A stretch of DNA of 64,000 nucleotides from a virus (taxonomy: Duplodnaviria; Caudoviricetes): IMG/VR virus record IMGVR_UViG_2873737359_000001, positions 32,001 through 96,000 of that record. The stretch is one strand, 5' to 3'. Positions 29,423 to 39,903 of this stretch are shown piece by piece; position 1 is the stretch's first letter, and each line of letters opens with the position of its first letter. Both the position numbers and the translations under genes were made by a program. Under the pieces are notes generated by a model. It made no database searches. It saw only the letters and a program-made list of their open reading frames with translations, and was not told the DNA's origin.

Positions 29423-30397
29423 TTACGCTCCAAGACTCTTTGACATATAAGTTGCTGCCTTTTTCCTTGGGTTATCAGATCTTGTGATGTACAAACTAGT
29501 TGTGCTTATACTTGAATGTCCGACAGCTTCCTTTGTAGCTTCAATATCCTTTGTTTTCTTATAATAAAGTGAAACAAATGCAGCTCTTAATTTATGTGGA
29601 GATATTTCGTAACCTAAAGCAGCTTTTGAATATTTCTGTACGATATCATATATTGTTCGAGGACTTATCCGATTTTTCTTTGCAGATATAAAAAACGCAT
29701 CTTCTTTTATTTTAAAAGATTCTAAATATTGATCTCTATATTTTAACCATTTCATTAGAATTTTTTTTGTCCCAGGAGAGAAAATATATACCTGTTCTTT
29801 ATCTCGCTTGTCAATAATAGTCAGTTTCCTTTTCTTCCAATCAAAATCAGTAACATTAATCTCACTTAAAGCTGTATTTCTCATTCCAGTAACCATAAAT
29901 AAATGCAAAATTGTATAATTTCTTGCTTTCCAGATATCAGCAATATTATCATTTCCAACTTCTTTAAGGATTTTATTTAAATCATTCATTGAAAGGAATA
30001 TTCTTTTTACTGAATCTTTTCTCATCGGTCGATCAATAAGATCCATTGGATTTCCATTGATAATTCTTCTTTTGTACAGATATTTAAAATATTGATTAAG
30101 TGCACTACATGCAGCTTTTGTATAAGCTGCAGATGCTTTTTTTATTTCTCCGTTTTTGTTGATATATTGAATACTATTTAGATATTCCTGTATGTCTATA
30201 TCGGTTATTTCTTCAATATAATCTTTCCTTGAATATTCAATAAAATTCTGTATGTATCTAATATATTCAATACATGTTTTAGGGCTTTTTGATACTCGAA
30301 TGTTATTATAGAATTGCCTTACATTATCTGGCAGTTTAAGTAACATTGTCTCTATCTTTTGATTAATTTGAAGTTCATGCTCTAACCTGCCATTCAT
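29423..30397 (-). CDS. Tyrosine recombinase (XerC/D-like, YopP-like position)
   Basis: Catalytic set TGMR, K, HKLR, GH, Y (TTSLY). Confidence 0.92.
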   Translation of the reverse strand: MNGRLEHELQINQKIETMLLKLPDNVRQFYNNIRVSKSPKTCIEYIRYIQNFIEYSRKDYIEEITDIDIQEYLNSIQYINKNGEIKKASAAYTKAACSALNQYFKYLYKRRIINGNPMDLIDRPMRKDSVKRIFLSMNDLNKILKEVGNDNIADIWKARNYTILHLFMVTGMRNTALSEINVTDFDWKKRKLTIIDKRDKEQVYIFSPGTKKILMKWLKYRDQYLESFKIKEDAFFISAKKNRISPRTIYDIVQKYSKAALGYEISPHKLRAAFVSLYYKKTKDIEATKEAVGHSSISTTSLYITRSDNPRKKAATYMSKSLGA

Positions 30398-30411
30398 TCA
30401 GCATTCTCCTT

Positions 30412-31236
30412 TCACTTCTTAATATACTTATTAATGATCCTCTTCTCCAATATTTTCCCAGAGTCCCGGTACCATGGCAAGATTACTCCGCAATATTCCT
30501 GTACTCTCATAGAGTATATCTCGCCACATATCATAAACACAATCAATCCAATTGCAGCAATCAGTCCTCCGTTGGCCACAATACATAATAGCAGGCATGG
30601 TACAACCCAATACCAGTTATATGAGAAATGGCACCATTTAACCAGCCACTTTTCATTCATCATATCAAAACGTCTGATCTCATCCTGAGATAAAGAAGTC
30701 TTTGGAGGATTGGCAGCTGCCTTGCGTCTCATCAACTCCGCATATCCAACCGTTGGTTCATCCGGGCTGGTATACTTTTTAACATCCTCCTGCATCTGCT
30801 TAATTCTGCGTTCTTTCTCTTCTTTTTCTCTTCTTAGTCTAGGATTATTTTTATATCTAAATTCCTCATATGTGTTTCTTATTAACTGTTCTATCTGTGG
30901 AGGAGTTCCTGATTTAGTACAAATTTGATTATAAATATACTTCATCTCTTCAAGCTCTATATATGCTTTAGGGACACTATAACGTTCGTAATAACTTTTC
31001 ATACTTTCTGTTTGACGTTTTGCTCCTTTTACAGCATCTTTTACATATCGCACATAGTTTTCGTAATGTTCTTTATTTGTTATTATATAATTACCAGCGT
31101 GAACAACACAGTTGCATTTTGCATTTGCTTCTTCCGGAGTAAGATTGTTAACAATATCCTCACACTTTTTAATAAGATCATCTGTAGAATCTGCATACTC
31201 CTTATAATTCTGCGCGTCTTTAAAACTCATAATCAT
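30412..31236 (-). CDS. Membrane protein with C-terminal TM hairpin
   Basis: 274 aa, GGAGG RBS, two hydrophobic segments. Confidence 0.65.
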   Translation of the reverse strand: MIMSFKDAQNYKEYADSTDDLIKKCEDIVNNLTPEEANAKCNCVVHAGNYIITNKEHYENYVRYVKDAVKGAKRQTESMKSYYERYSVPKAYIELEEMKYIYNQICTKSGTPPQIEQLIRNTYEEFRYKNNPRLRREKEEKERRIKQMQEDVKKYTSPDEPTVGYAELMRRKAAANPPKTSLSQDEIRRFDMMNEKWLVKWCHFSYNWYWVVPCLLLCIVANGGLIAAIGLIVFMICGEIYSMRVQEYCGVILPWYRDSGKILEKRIINKYIKK

Positions 31237-31376
31237 AAGTGTTTACCTCCTTCCTTTTGTAAGCAGTTCTATTATTTGCTTTGATTTTCCGCAGCAATTT
31301 TTATTTTTAATTGTTACAAATATTCTTTTTAAAATCTATAACAATCATTACAGAAGAATAATGCCCTTTTTCTGTT

Positions 31377-34300
31377 TTAACTTCCCATCAAATCATCTAC
31401 TGAATCAAAAAGTTTCAAATCATCATGTATGTTTTCATGAATCCCATAATTATAAGCCCATTTTCCAAGATATTCAACAACTTCTTTCCTGTTCTGTAAA
31501 TAATCTTCTTTACGCATCTTTCTAATGTTAGACAATCGGTCACGTGCCACTGATCCGTTCCTAGCAAAAATCACACCATGTAATTTATCATCAGAAATAT
31601 TTAATAAATGGCATGGATACCAAGATTCACCAATCCTAAATTCATACATATAATTATAATTTCCATTTGCTTGTTCAACAGTCATTTTAACCACCAACCT
31701 TGAAATAACTTTATTTTAATTTATTTCTTAATATCCAACAAAAATCTTTCGAATCTAATAATGATCCATCAAATAATTTTGTACCTTCTTCATCATCGTT
31801 ATAAATTATCAATGAACCATCAAATCCTACAACAACATATTTCCCATTATATTGTTCCATATCAATTAATTTCCATTCATTTACTTTATATTGAGTTCCA
31901 TCATCCATAACGTCTACATATCCATCATATGAAAACAATGGAATACCAAACATATCTATAATACTTTCCATAATCTCTCCTTAAATTCAGAATTTGTAAT
32001 GTGGTTATTTTGAATCAAATTCCATTCTGCTACAATAGTTGGGATTCCCTCATTCTTAATCTGATCTTCATTCCAGAAATAGTCGCAACAATTAGTAAAG
32101 CCCATTACCAATCCGTTTCTTTCACAATTAAGATTACCATGTAAAATTTTTTCGCTTTTATAATTTGGACATTTTAATCTTCCACTGCGCCATCCACCGG
32201 ATAAAATTGGTTTAGCTTCACAAATTGAACAAGGAACTGCATCATCTAATGTCAACACATATACCACCTCATGAAAACAATCTTTCATTGCCAAATATTT
32301 TCTTTATCATATTCAATATTTAGTTTTACAAAATCTGTTCTCATCTCATCTCTCATTTGAGCCATCATATCAAGTTGTGTATACGAAATTACTTGTCGTG
32401 TTTGTTCTAATACCATATCCATTTTAGGAATATAATACAAATACACTATTGTATCTTTATATCCATTAAATTTCGCCCACAATTCTATTTTACTTTCAGA
32501 ATTTTGAGTACATACATGTTTATATCCTTTATCAATCAAATCTTGTTTGTTCAAATTATCATCTCCATTTACCGTTTGAAAACAATTTTTCAACCTCGTT
32601 TTGTTTTATACTCTGCGTATATTGATTCTCCATTGCATCCTTTATATAGTTTCCGTAAAGCAGATCCCAATCCATCTTCCATATCTTTGTCTACTTGTTC
32701 ATATGTTTCGAATGCTTCGCCCAAAATGGCTACTGCCTCAAATACATAATTTCTAACCTGTTGTAATTTTCTATCCGTAAAATAAATATTTTGTCCCATT
32801 ATTTCTCCTTTAAATAGTTATCCATTTGCCTTAATTCCAAATAATTCACAAAAATCTTTATCTTGAACAATATCAACAATTTTAAAATATCTTCTTGCTA
32901 TCTCATTAAACATATCCATTTGACAAATTGCTTCCGCTGCTTTAGGATGATTACTTTCTATAAAAGTTTTGTATTCCATCACTAAATCAGAAAATAATTC
33001 TTTTTCATTTTCTATTTTACAACTCATTCTAATATAGCTATTATAACATTCTTTCAATTTATCATTTGGAATACCTATAAATAGATTTTTTCTTCTCATA
33101 ATATTCTCCATTTCTACAAAAGTTTGAAAGTTAAATTTCAATCTCTTTTTGGTAAATCACCGCCAGTAAAAATCTGACGGTCATCTAAAACTTCCATTGC
33201 TTCATTGATTACAAAACCATTGGGATATAATTTCTTTTTCTCTATTACAAAACTATGAAGCTTATCTTCGCTTCCAAACCATTTGTACAAGTCTATTTTA
33301 CCAGTTCCATTTGGATCTGGAACAGAATACGTTAACAAAAAATTATTCATAATAATATTCTCATTTACTCTACTCATTTTTTCTCCTGAAACTATTCTTT
33401 CATTTAAAATTACACAACCTATTCTGATTTCTCTTTCGGAAATACATCCTCTTCTCTTACCTGATATGTGAAGAATCCCATTGAGGACGGAAGAATCCTG
33501 AAATAAAACACCTCATCATCTTCCTCTGTCCATGTTTGTTGCAAAAATATTTTTGGACAACGCTCATTCAACGCAAACTTTTCATCAGAGTCAGAGTAAA
33601 TAACATAAGAACATAAATCTCCCGTATCAGTTTTAATTCTCTTCATTTCGTCATAGATAAATCTGGTTCTGACATATCTAACTATACTATATACTTGTTC
33701 TATTTTAAGATTTGGAAATAAAACTCCAATTTGCTTATAAATCTTATTCCACAGACATGTATGGTACTTACTATCTAATTCAACTGGTATGTCGATATAA
33801 CCGCTGCTACGAACTGACAAAAATCGGTACACTGCATCAATTATTTTCTCATCTCTAACCGGAGGAATTAATTCTGCATCATCTGGAAAATCAAATGGCA
33901 AAAGGTTTGATTTTTCCTGATTCTCGAGATCATGTTTTACCATGCTCAAGAACTCCTTATATCCGTATTCTTTCAGCATCTTATTTTACCTCCATCTTTT
34001 CTTTGTAATCATTCAGAGCTTCCTTGAATTTTCTTTCGCAAATATTGTTTTCACAATCAATATCACTATTTAACTCAACGTCTAATTCTCTTGGACTGTA
34101 AGCACGATAACGGTTTTCAATAAACCATTTTGCTTCTTTGATCTCATAAATAGTTTCCATGGCTTTTTTCATGCGCTCCGGCATTTTTTTTCTGCCTTTA
34201 GATTCATGAAAATTAATGCAACTGTTTCCATACTCGATCATCTTCTTACGGATATCCTCAGCCCAGGCAATCTGTTTTGGACTGCCAACCAGTTCTGGTA

Positions 34301-34988
34301 ATTCTTTACACATAATTATTCTCCTTTTCCAAAATGATATTTTAGTAAACATTCCACAATGGGGGCTATTAATAGAACTATTAAGATAAACATGACTTAC
34401 TTAGTATATCTTTATTCAATTTCTGAAAACTCTGCGACTTTATCTAAGTCAAATATCACCTTGATATATCTTTGACCGTAATAGATTATTGGTACGCTTA
34501 TACCCGTCGCCAAACAATGGTTACTTAAAATATTCATTACGTCTATATTTCTATTTTGATTGATACATACATATGCTATTTTCTTTCCTGTATCATCGAT
34601 TCCTGAACATGTTACTTCTGTGAGAAACCCTTCGCTTTTACTATAAAGTGAAATATGCAATTCTTCACGTTGATTGTATGGGTTAATAGTTCTTGTTTTG
34701 AAATAACAATCTTTGTATACTTTTCCGTCATTTGTCGTTACTTCTAAAAATTTCAAATTAATTCACCTCGTTTTATTCTTCAATAATCTCTCCATCCAAA
34801 TTTTTATAGCTTTCCTTATATCCATATTCCCTAAATTTCATAGTGTCTTTACATATAGGGCAATACAGATCTTTTATATGTCCTTTTTCCCTTTGTGATC
34901 CATGTATCCTGGGCAGCGGCATCTCCAAGCCGCACTCAGGACATACAAATAATGACATTACCATTGGTTTTCTTTTATTACATGCCAT
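31377..34988 (-). CDS. Cluster of small hypothetical genes (31377-31697, 31711-31971, 31956-32294, 32285-32593, 32590-32799, 32818-33141, 33138-33377, 33419-33979, 33981-34352, 34412-34756, 34773-34988)
   Basis: Head-to-tail ORFs, mostly with RBS or start/stop overlap. 34773-34988 is a CPEC..CPIC zinc ribbon. Confidence 0.7.
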
Positions 34989-35003
34989 GATTCCAACTCC
35001 TTC

Positions 35004-35633
35004 CTATATTGCAGCAAAACCAAATTCTTTTAAATTTAATTTTTGTTGCCTTGGAAGATATGCAGATCCGGCTTTAATACATATTCTTTTTACCTCACGA
35101 TCAGATAGCACACGAATCACTCTCATATTTCCTGCAATAATCCATTCGCCTGTCATATTTGGAGAAGTTTTATATCTGTAGAAGCCATTTACTGGTACAT
35201 GATCAAGATCCGCTTTTATTGGATTAAATTTTCCATTTTTCTGAATCCCATTTTTATGGGCTTCTAAACAATAATTAATATCAGTCATATACTCGACCTC
35301 AGCCCATACAGTATCGTCTCTCATATAACATATTTTTCCATTTTCTTTTTTGCCAATATGTGAAACATATGGAACTGTATCGTTGATATGAAATCCAGGT
35401 CTAAATTTTAATGGTCCGAGTTTACTCTTTACTTTTCCATTATTTGTTCTCTGTCCGCATACAGCAATTAACCATTCCCCAATCGGAATTGAATGATCTG
35501 CATTTACATAGAGCGGAAATAACTCTCCTGGACATGTCTTTTTTATACGAAATAATTTATATCCTATAGCTGTATTCATTTTATCACCCTTTAATTTTAG
35601 TGTCAACATAAAATTTATTATTAACAGTATCAA
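35004..35633 (-). CDS. Conserved phage hypothetical protein (start probably MNTAIG ~35579)
   Basis: GYKLFR, LFPLYV, RPGFH motifs. Confidence 0.7.
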   Translation of the reverse strand: MILLIINFMLTLKLKGDKMNTAIGYKLFRIKKTCPGELFPLYVNADHSIPIGEWLIAVCGQRTNNGKVKSKLGPLKFRPGFHINDTVPYVSHIGKKENGKICYMRDDTVWAEVEYMTDINYCLEAHKNGIQKNGKFNPIKADLDHVPVNGFYRYKTSPNMTGEWIIAGNMRVIRVLSDREVKRICIKAGSAYLPRQQKLNLKEFGFAAI

Positions 35634-35642
35634 AGCACACTT

Positions 35643-36314
35643 TTACTTGCATCTTTCATTAATATAAACCACTTTACTTTTGATATAACATTTATGACAA
35701 GATAGACAGCTTTTTGCACCACAGTTAATTTCAATATTATTTGCTTCGATGTATTCTTTCGTATATACTGTAAATATTTTGTCAATAAATGGATATTTAT
35801 TTAATTTGTTATCACATTTATTAAGATATGGACTACTGTAAACAATCTGTAAATTGCGCGGCTTGCTTTCTCCATTATTAATTGCTTCGGCAATAATCCA
35901 TGGATTTTTTGTCCATAACGCAAACTTGACATGTTTATTTCTTTTACAGATTCTAAAATAATTTACAATCTGAACTTCGTTATTTAAATCGCCAAAACTT
36001 TCGAATCTAAAAAACGCTGCATTAATAAGAGGAATTTCTTCGTCGGTAAGTAATTTAGTAGTCAAAATTTCCGTATTCTTTTTCAAACATTTTTCTAAAT
36101 TTTTATACATTTTCATCTGCCTTTGAGCATAGCAATGAGAACATACAAGATTTGAATTTTCTACACGACTTAAGCAATTCTTGTTACATAAACATGATGT
36201 TGATAAACTCTGCATACCACTCATTTTCCCAGAATGTTTTAAAGTATAATGCACTCCTGTCAATTCTTCTGCATTATCAATTGTTAGAAAAGTTTTTCTT
36301 TTTGTATTTCTCAT
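35643..36314 (-). CDS. Gp88-like Cys-rich (Fe-S / radical-SAM-like) protein
   Basis: C..C..CSHCYA, FRFESFGD, LWTK, C-terminal CGAKSCLSCHKCY. Confidence 0.55.
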   Translation of the reverse strand: MRNTKRKTFLTIDNAEELTGVHYTLKHSGKMSGMQSLSTSCLCNKNCLSRVENSNLVCSHCYAQRQMKMYKNLEKCLKKNTEILTTKLLTDEEIPLINAAFFRFESFGDLNNEVQIVNYFRICKRNKHVKFALWTKNPWIIAEAINNGESKPRNLQIVYSSPYLNKCDNKLNKYPFIDKIFTVYTKEYIEANNIEINCGAKSCLSCHKCYIKSKVVYINERCK

Positions 36315-36344
36315 ATCATCAAATCCTTCCTATTTTATGTATTA

Positions 36345-36377
36345 AAAAAGGACCAACACAAAAATGTGTTGATCCTT
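36345..36377 (-). terminator. Intrinsic terminator
   Basis: AAGGATCAACACA-TTTT-TGTGTTGGTCC followed by a T-tract. Confidence 0.7.
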
Positions 36378-36412
36378 AACCCCATTATTTTATCTTTTGT
36401 AATTTCTCTTTG

Positions 36413-36682
36413 TTACTTTTTAGAGTGATGTGTATATTTCTTGATCTGATTTCTCTTGCATAATCGGATCTTGACGCTGTACACCCCGGCAGACACTTGA
36501 GCATAAGTCCAATCAGGTGTAATATACGAGTTTACATAATCATAGAATGGAGCCTTCTTAATTTCCTTTAAATATCTGCAAGATATGTACTCCCTTGCCG
36601 TTTTCGTACTGTTACACCAAATCGCCTCTGCTCTAGTCCATCCATTTTTTGTCACAATTATTAATTGTTTCACATACATCAT
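36413..36682 (-). CDS. Hypothetical protein downstream of SOS-box promoter
   Basis: 89-aa ORF with its own promoter and terminator. Confidence 0.6.
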   Translation of the reverse strand: MMYVKQLIIVTKNGWTRAEAIWCNSTKTAREYISCRYLKEIKKAPFYDYVNSYITPDWTYAQVSAGVYSVKIRLCKRNQIKKYTHHSKK

Positions 36683-36718
36683 CTCTCTTCCATATAGTTT
36701 TTGCGTTCAATAAAAAAG

Positions 36719-36802
36719 CAAACATTTGTTCGCTCATATGCTGAACAAATATGTTATATCACAATTATTTTTACATTGCAATATAAATCGAACATATTTT
36801 TG
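36719..36802 (-). promoter_or_regulatory. Sigma-A promoter flanked by LexA (Cheo)-like boxes
   Basis: TTGCAA-17-TATAAC with extended TG; CGAACAAATGTTTG (36719-36732, minus) and weaker CGAACATATTTTTG (36789-36802). Confidence 0.55.
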
Positions 36803-36874
36803 CTTTTTACCATAAATTACCAATTTCTATACCAATTTATGGTAATGAGATGATACTTTTCTCGAACATCTATT

Positions 36875-37018
36875 CTCTTATACTCTAAGTCTATGTATAC
36901 ATTTCTTTAATTGTTCCATATATTATATGAAATTCTTCAGGAAGCCTGTTACGATAGAAGCTACGGCTTCCTGAAGCAATATCATATAATGTTGAATTGA
37001 ATACTTCTTATATAAGAG
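36875..37018 (-). ncRNA. RT-associated structured repeat unit D (isolated copy)
   Basis: Terminal IR ctcttata/tataagag; motif ctttaattgttccata; hairpin 36921-36991; ttgaa. Confidence 0.7.
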
Positions 37019-37050
37019 CAGTGTATATCTGCAATATAAATTTTCTTTAT

Positions 37051-38259
37051 TTACTTTCCGTAGATTTCTTTCATTCTAAGACCAAAATCAAAGTGATTAT
37101 CTTCGATGGTCTTTTTGAGAAAAGCAAATAATTTATAATACTCTCCAGTTTCTCCATACTGATCCGTAAGCATTTCAATAAAATATACTCCATCCAGTCC
37201 GTACATTCCATTTGCTCTACAATTATGGAACTTTACCATATTCATTAATGTGTAATAAGATCCTGCTCCCTTGTAAGCATTTTTCCACTCTTTGCATTTC
37301 GGTGTCTCGAACGGAAGTTTATACTGTTTTGCAAATTTAACTAATCTTTTTAATACTAAGTAAAGCTTCATATAATTTGTATCAGGTGTCATATTATAAA
37401 CTACATTATATGCAACATTATCAAATGGTATTAAAACTTTCTGATAAATATCTTCTACAAAAATATTTTTTCCACAGATCCGTTTATAAGGAGTTCCCTT
37501 ACATTTTCTAATAGGAAGTTTCTCAATATATTTCTTTAATTTCGTTTTATAATCTTTAATCAAATCTACAACTACCTGATCATTGAAGAAACGTTTTCTC
37601 TTATTGAACTCTCCCATATCCCTTTCCTGCAGCTTTCCTAATACTCTGATTTCTTCGAGAATCATATCAAACTGATACATATATCCGTAGTTATCATTGA
37701 GATAAGCATCATATCCAAATCTCTTTCCATCGTAGCTTTCATAATTCAGCATACGGAACATCTGCGCCATAACCCATCTTCTGTGTAATTTTGAATTCTT
37801 AACATATCCATCAACGCAAACCTGATTAAGTAACACTTTTTCGTCTGGAGTAAGAGCAGAATTGGTTTTGATATTATTTCCATCTCCATCAAATACGGGA
37901 ACTCCATTTTCATCAATAGTAATATTGATCTTAGCTCCAGGCTGCAGTCCCTCCGGAAGAGAGATGCTGAAATATTTACCAGTGTTCATTCCGGCTGCCT
38001 TTAATGCTGCTACTCTGTTTTCCTTGTTATTCTTTCTGTTGTTCATCATATCCTTATTCTCCTTTTTATTTGATTTTTCTTCAATATATCTCCAACCAGC
38101 TACATAAGCATCTGTATAATTGCGCCATATGCAATTTCCATATTTCCCTTTTATCATCATGTCTTCCCTGATTGTTCCGTCAGTCATAATGATTTCTACT
38201 ATCTCGTATAATGGTGGACGATTTCCATCAATTGTATAATTTCTAATCCATTCTGACAT
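37051..38259 (-). CDS. Uncharacterised 402-aa protein, candidate RT-system partner
   Basis: Lies between unit D and units A-C. Motifs LHRRWVMAQMF and WKNAYKGAGSYYTLMNMVKFH; no recognised family. Confidence 0.75.
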   Translation of the reverse strand: MSEWIRNYTIDGNRPPLYEIVEIIMTDGTIREDMMIKGKYGNCIWRNYTDAYVAGWRYIEEKSNKKENKDMMNNRKNNKENRVAALKAAGMNTGKYFSISLPEGLQPGAKINITIDENGVPVFDGDGNNIKTNSALTPDEKVLLNQVCVDGYVKNSKLHRRWVMAQMFRMLNYESYDGKRFGYDAYLNDNYGYMYQFDMILEEIRVLGKLQERDMGEFNKRKRFFNDQVVVDLIKDYKTKLKKYIEKLPIRKCKGTPYKRICGKNIFVEDIYQKVLIPFDNVAYNVVYNMTPDTNYMKLYLVLKRLVKFAKQYKLPFETPKCKEWKNAYKGAGSYYTLMNMVKFHNCRANGMYGLDGVYFIEMLTDQYGETGEYYKLFAFLKKTIEDNHFDFGLRMKEIYGK

Positions 38260-38316
38260 ATAAGTTATCCTTTAAATATCGTTTGTATAAAATTTATTTT
38301 TAATAGTATCAAATTA

Positions 38317-38805
38317 TCATTTAACATCAATCCACTCTCTCATGATAATGAGATCTTTGTCTTTTCCCTGATAATACCAATGGCCACCCATAATCTCATC
38401 GTCCCATACAAGATATCCAGCAAGAGAAGCGCACAAAATAAAAGCTTCAAGTTTTGCTTTTGCAATATCTCTAGGATCTCCGGTTACTCTCTGTTCCATT
38501 GTCAATTCTTCTTCCGGCAGAGCTTTGAAATATGATTTATCTCTAAAGCTTTCAGTTTCCTTTGATGGATTCGAATATTTGTAATTACGGTATAAATTTT
38601 CAATCACTTCAAGACAATATAAAGTAGCTTCTTTCTGTGTTTTAAATTGCTTGTCTAAAATAATCAAATTTTCATTTGAATCATATTCTCCGTTTTTTAC
38701 AAAATATGATCCTCCATTTCTTATGGATTTCTTTTTTAAATCTACTTTGAAAATACAATTTCTGTTAATGTCGATAAGTTTTAAAAGTTTAGTATATATC
38801 GTCAT
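38317..38805 (-). CDS. Uncharacterised 162-aa protein, candidate RT-system partner
   Basis: Starts ~20 nt after unit A with an AAAGGA RBS. Confidence 0.75.
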   Translation of the reverse strand: MTIYTKLLKLIDINRNCIFKVDLKKKSIRNGGSYFVKNGEYDSNENLIILDKQFKTQKEATLYCLEVIENLYRNYKYSNPSKETESFRDKSYFKALPEEELTMEQRVTGDPRDIAKAKLEAFILCASLAGYLVWDDEIMGGHWYYQGKDKDLIIMREWIDVK

Positions 38806-38826
38806 ATCTGTTTCCTTTCTATTTCC

Positions 38827-38981
38827 TTATCAACTCTGTATTCATGGAATATTTCTATAATCGTTTCATATTAACCAGATTCAGGATGACTCAAGGCGGC
38901 GGACGTGAAGTGATAACGAAATGATCCGCCGCTGAGTCATATCTTAGCGGGTTAATTGAACTTCGAATACCTTGTTGATAA
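38827..38981 (-). ncRNA. RT-associated structured repeat unit A
   Basis: IR ttatcaac/gttgataa plus gtattc/gaatac; ctataatcgtttcata; hairpin 38871-38955; ttgaa. Confidence 0.78.
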
Positions 38982-39017
38982 CCGTTATTCTACGTTTTTT
39001 ATTTTTCTATTTCTTTT

Positions 39018-39177
39018 ATGTAAACTCAATATCTCTGGATCATTACTATACTTGTCTCATATTAAGCAGTGCATACGAAGGCAGATTCTGAGGCGCTCAC
39101 CCTGGTCAGGGAAGCGCCTCCTTGAAGATGCCTTCCGTTCTTGCCTGCTTATTTGAATAATAATATCTTGTTTACAT
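39018..39177 (-). ncRNA. RT-associated structured repeat unit B
   Basis: IR atgtaaac/gtttacat; ctatacttgtctcata; hairpin 39063-39151; ttgaa. Confidence 0.78.
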
Positions 39178-39197
39178 TCCATTGATCTATGGATTTA

Positions 39198-39348
39198 ATA
39201 TACTCAACAATTCTAGTACATATCTATAATCGTTTCATATATGCAGCAATGATCCTGGTAGTGGATCATGAGCCGGAACGGTAGTCCGGCGTTTGATCCA
39301 TAAACAGGAGTTGATGCTGCGTAATTGAATTGAATTTGCTTTGTATAT
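39198..39348 (-). ncRNA. RT-associated structured repeat unit C
   Basis: IR atatac/gtatat; ctataatcgtttcata; hairpin 39240-39323; ttgaa. Confidence 0.78.
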
Positions 39349-39373
39349 CCTGAGTGTACTCCCATTTGATTAA

Positions 39374-39460
39374 TTACTTATTTTTCCATTCAAACCAGCA
39401 TCCAATAATAGCAATAACATATACTACTATCAGAAACACTATAGATACTTTAAATAACAA
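39374..39460 (-). CDS. 28-aa hydrophobic peptide directly upstream of the array
   Basis: GGAGGTG RBS, TTG start: MLFKVSIVFLIVVYVIAIIGCWFEWKNK. Confidence 0.5.
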   Translation of the reverse strand: MLFKVSIVFLIVVYVIAIIGCWFEWKNK

Positions 39461-39474
39461 CTTATCACCTCCAT

Positions 39475-39888
39475 TTAAAATTCCATTCTTAATTCCCTTT
39501 CATCATGATTCATAAAATTTTCTGCATCTTTGTAGGAAAAGAATATAGCTACTTCATCATACTTTTCATCCTTGACAAAGATATTCATTCGTGTTGTATA
39601 CCAATCTTTTATGTACTTTGTAATATTATTTCCGTCTGAATCATATTCGTTTTCTTGGATTACATATTCAACAACTACATAAACCGTTCCTGTATTACTT
39701 CTATATTTTAATATAGAGGTCTTGATATCATTGACAGAACTAAAATAAAATGCCATGGCATCAACAAGAGTATCAAATGATTCAATAATCTCTGGCTCCG
39801 GATCTGTAACGGTACATCCTTCAACAATTTCAGATCGATCTTTATACCTAAATTCCTTTGAACGTTTTATTACTTCGTATTTAATCAT
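39475..39888 (-). CDS. Hypothetical protein
   Basis: 137 aa with GAGGAG RBS. Confidence 0.7.
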   Translation of the reverse strand: MIKYEVIKRSKEFRYKDRSEIVEGCTVTDPEPEIIESFDTLVDAMAFYFSSVNDIKTSILKYRSNTGTVYVVVEYVIQENEYDSDGNNITKYIKDWYTTRMNIFVKDEKYDEVAIFFSYKDAENFMNHDERELRMEF

Positions 39889-39903
39889 TGTTTATAACTC
39901 TCC

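Noticed and set aside
38827-39348. Array as CRISPR or as tandem terminators
   Set aside because: There are no identical 25-40-nt repeats, the period is ~185 nt, and the variable parts are self-complementary. The hairpins are too long and lack U-tracts.
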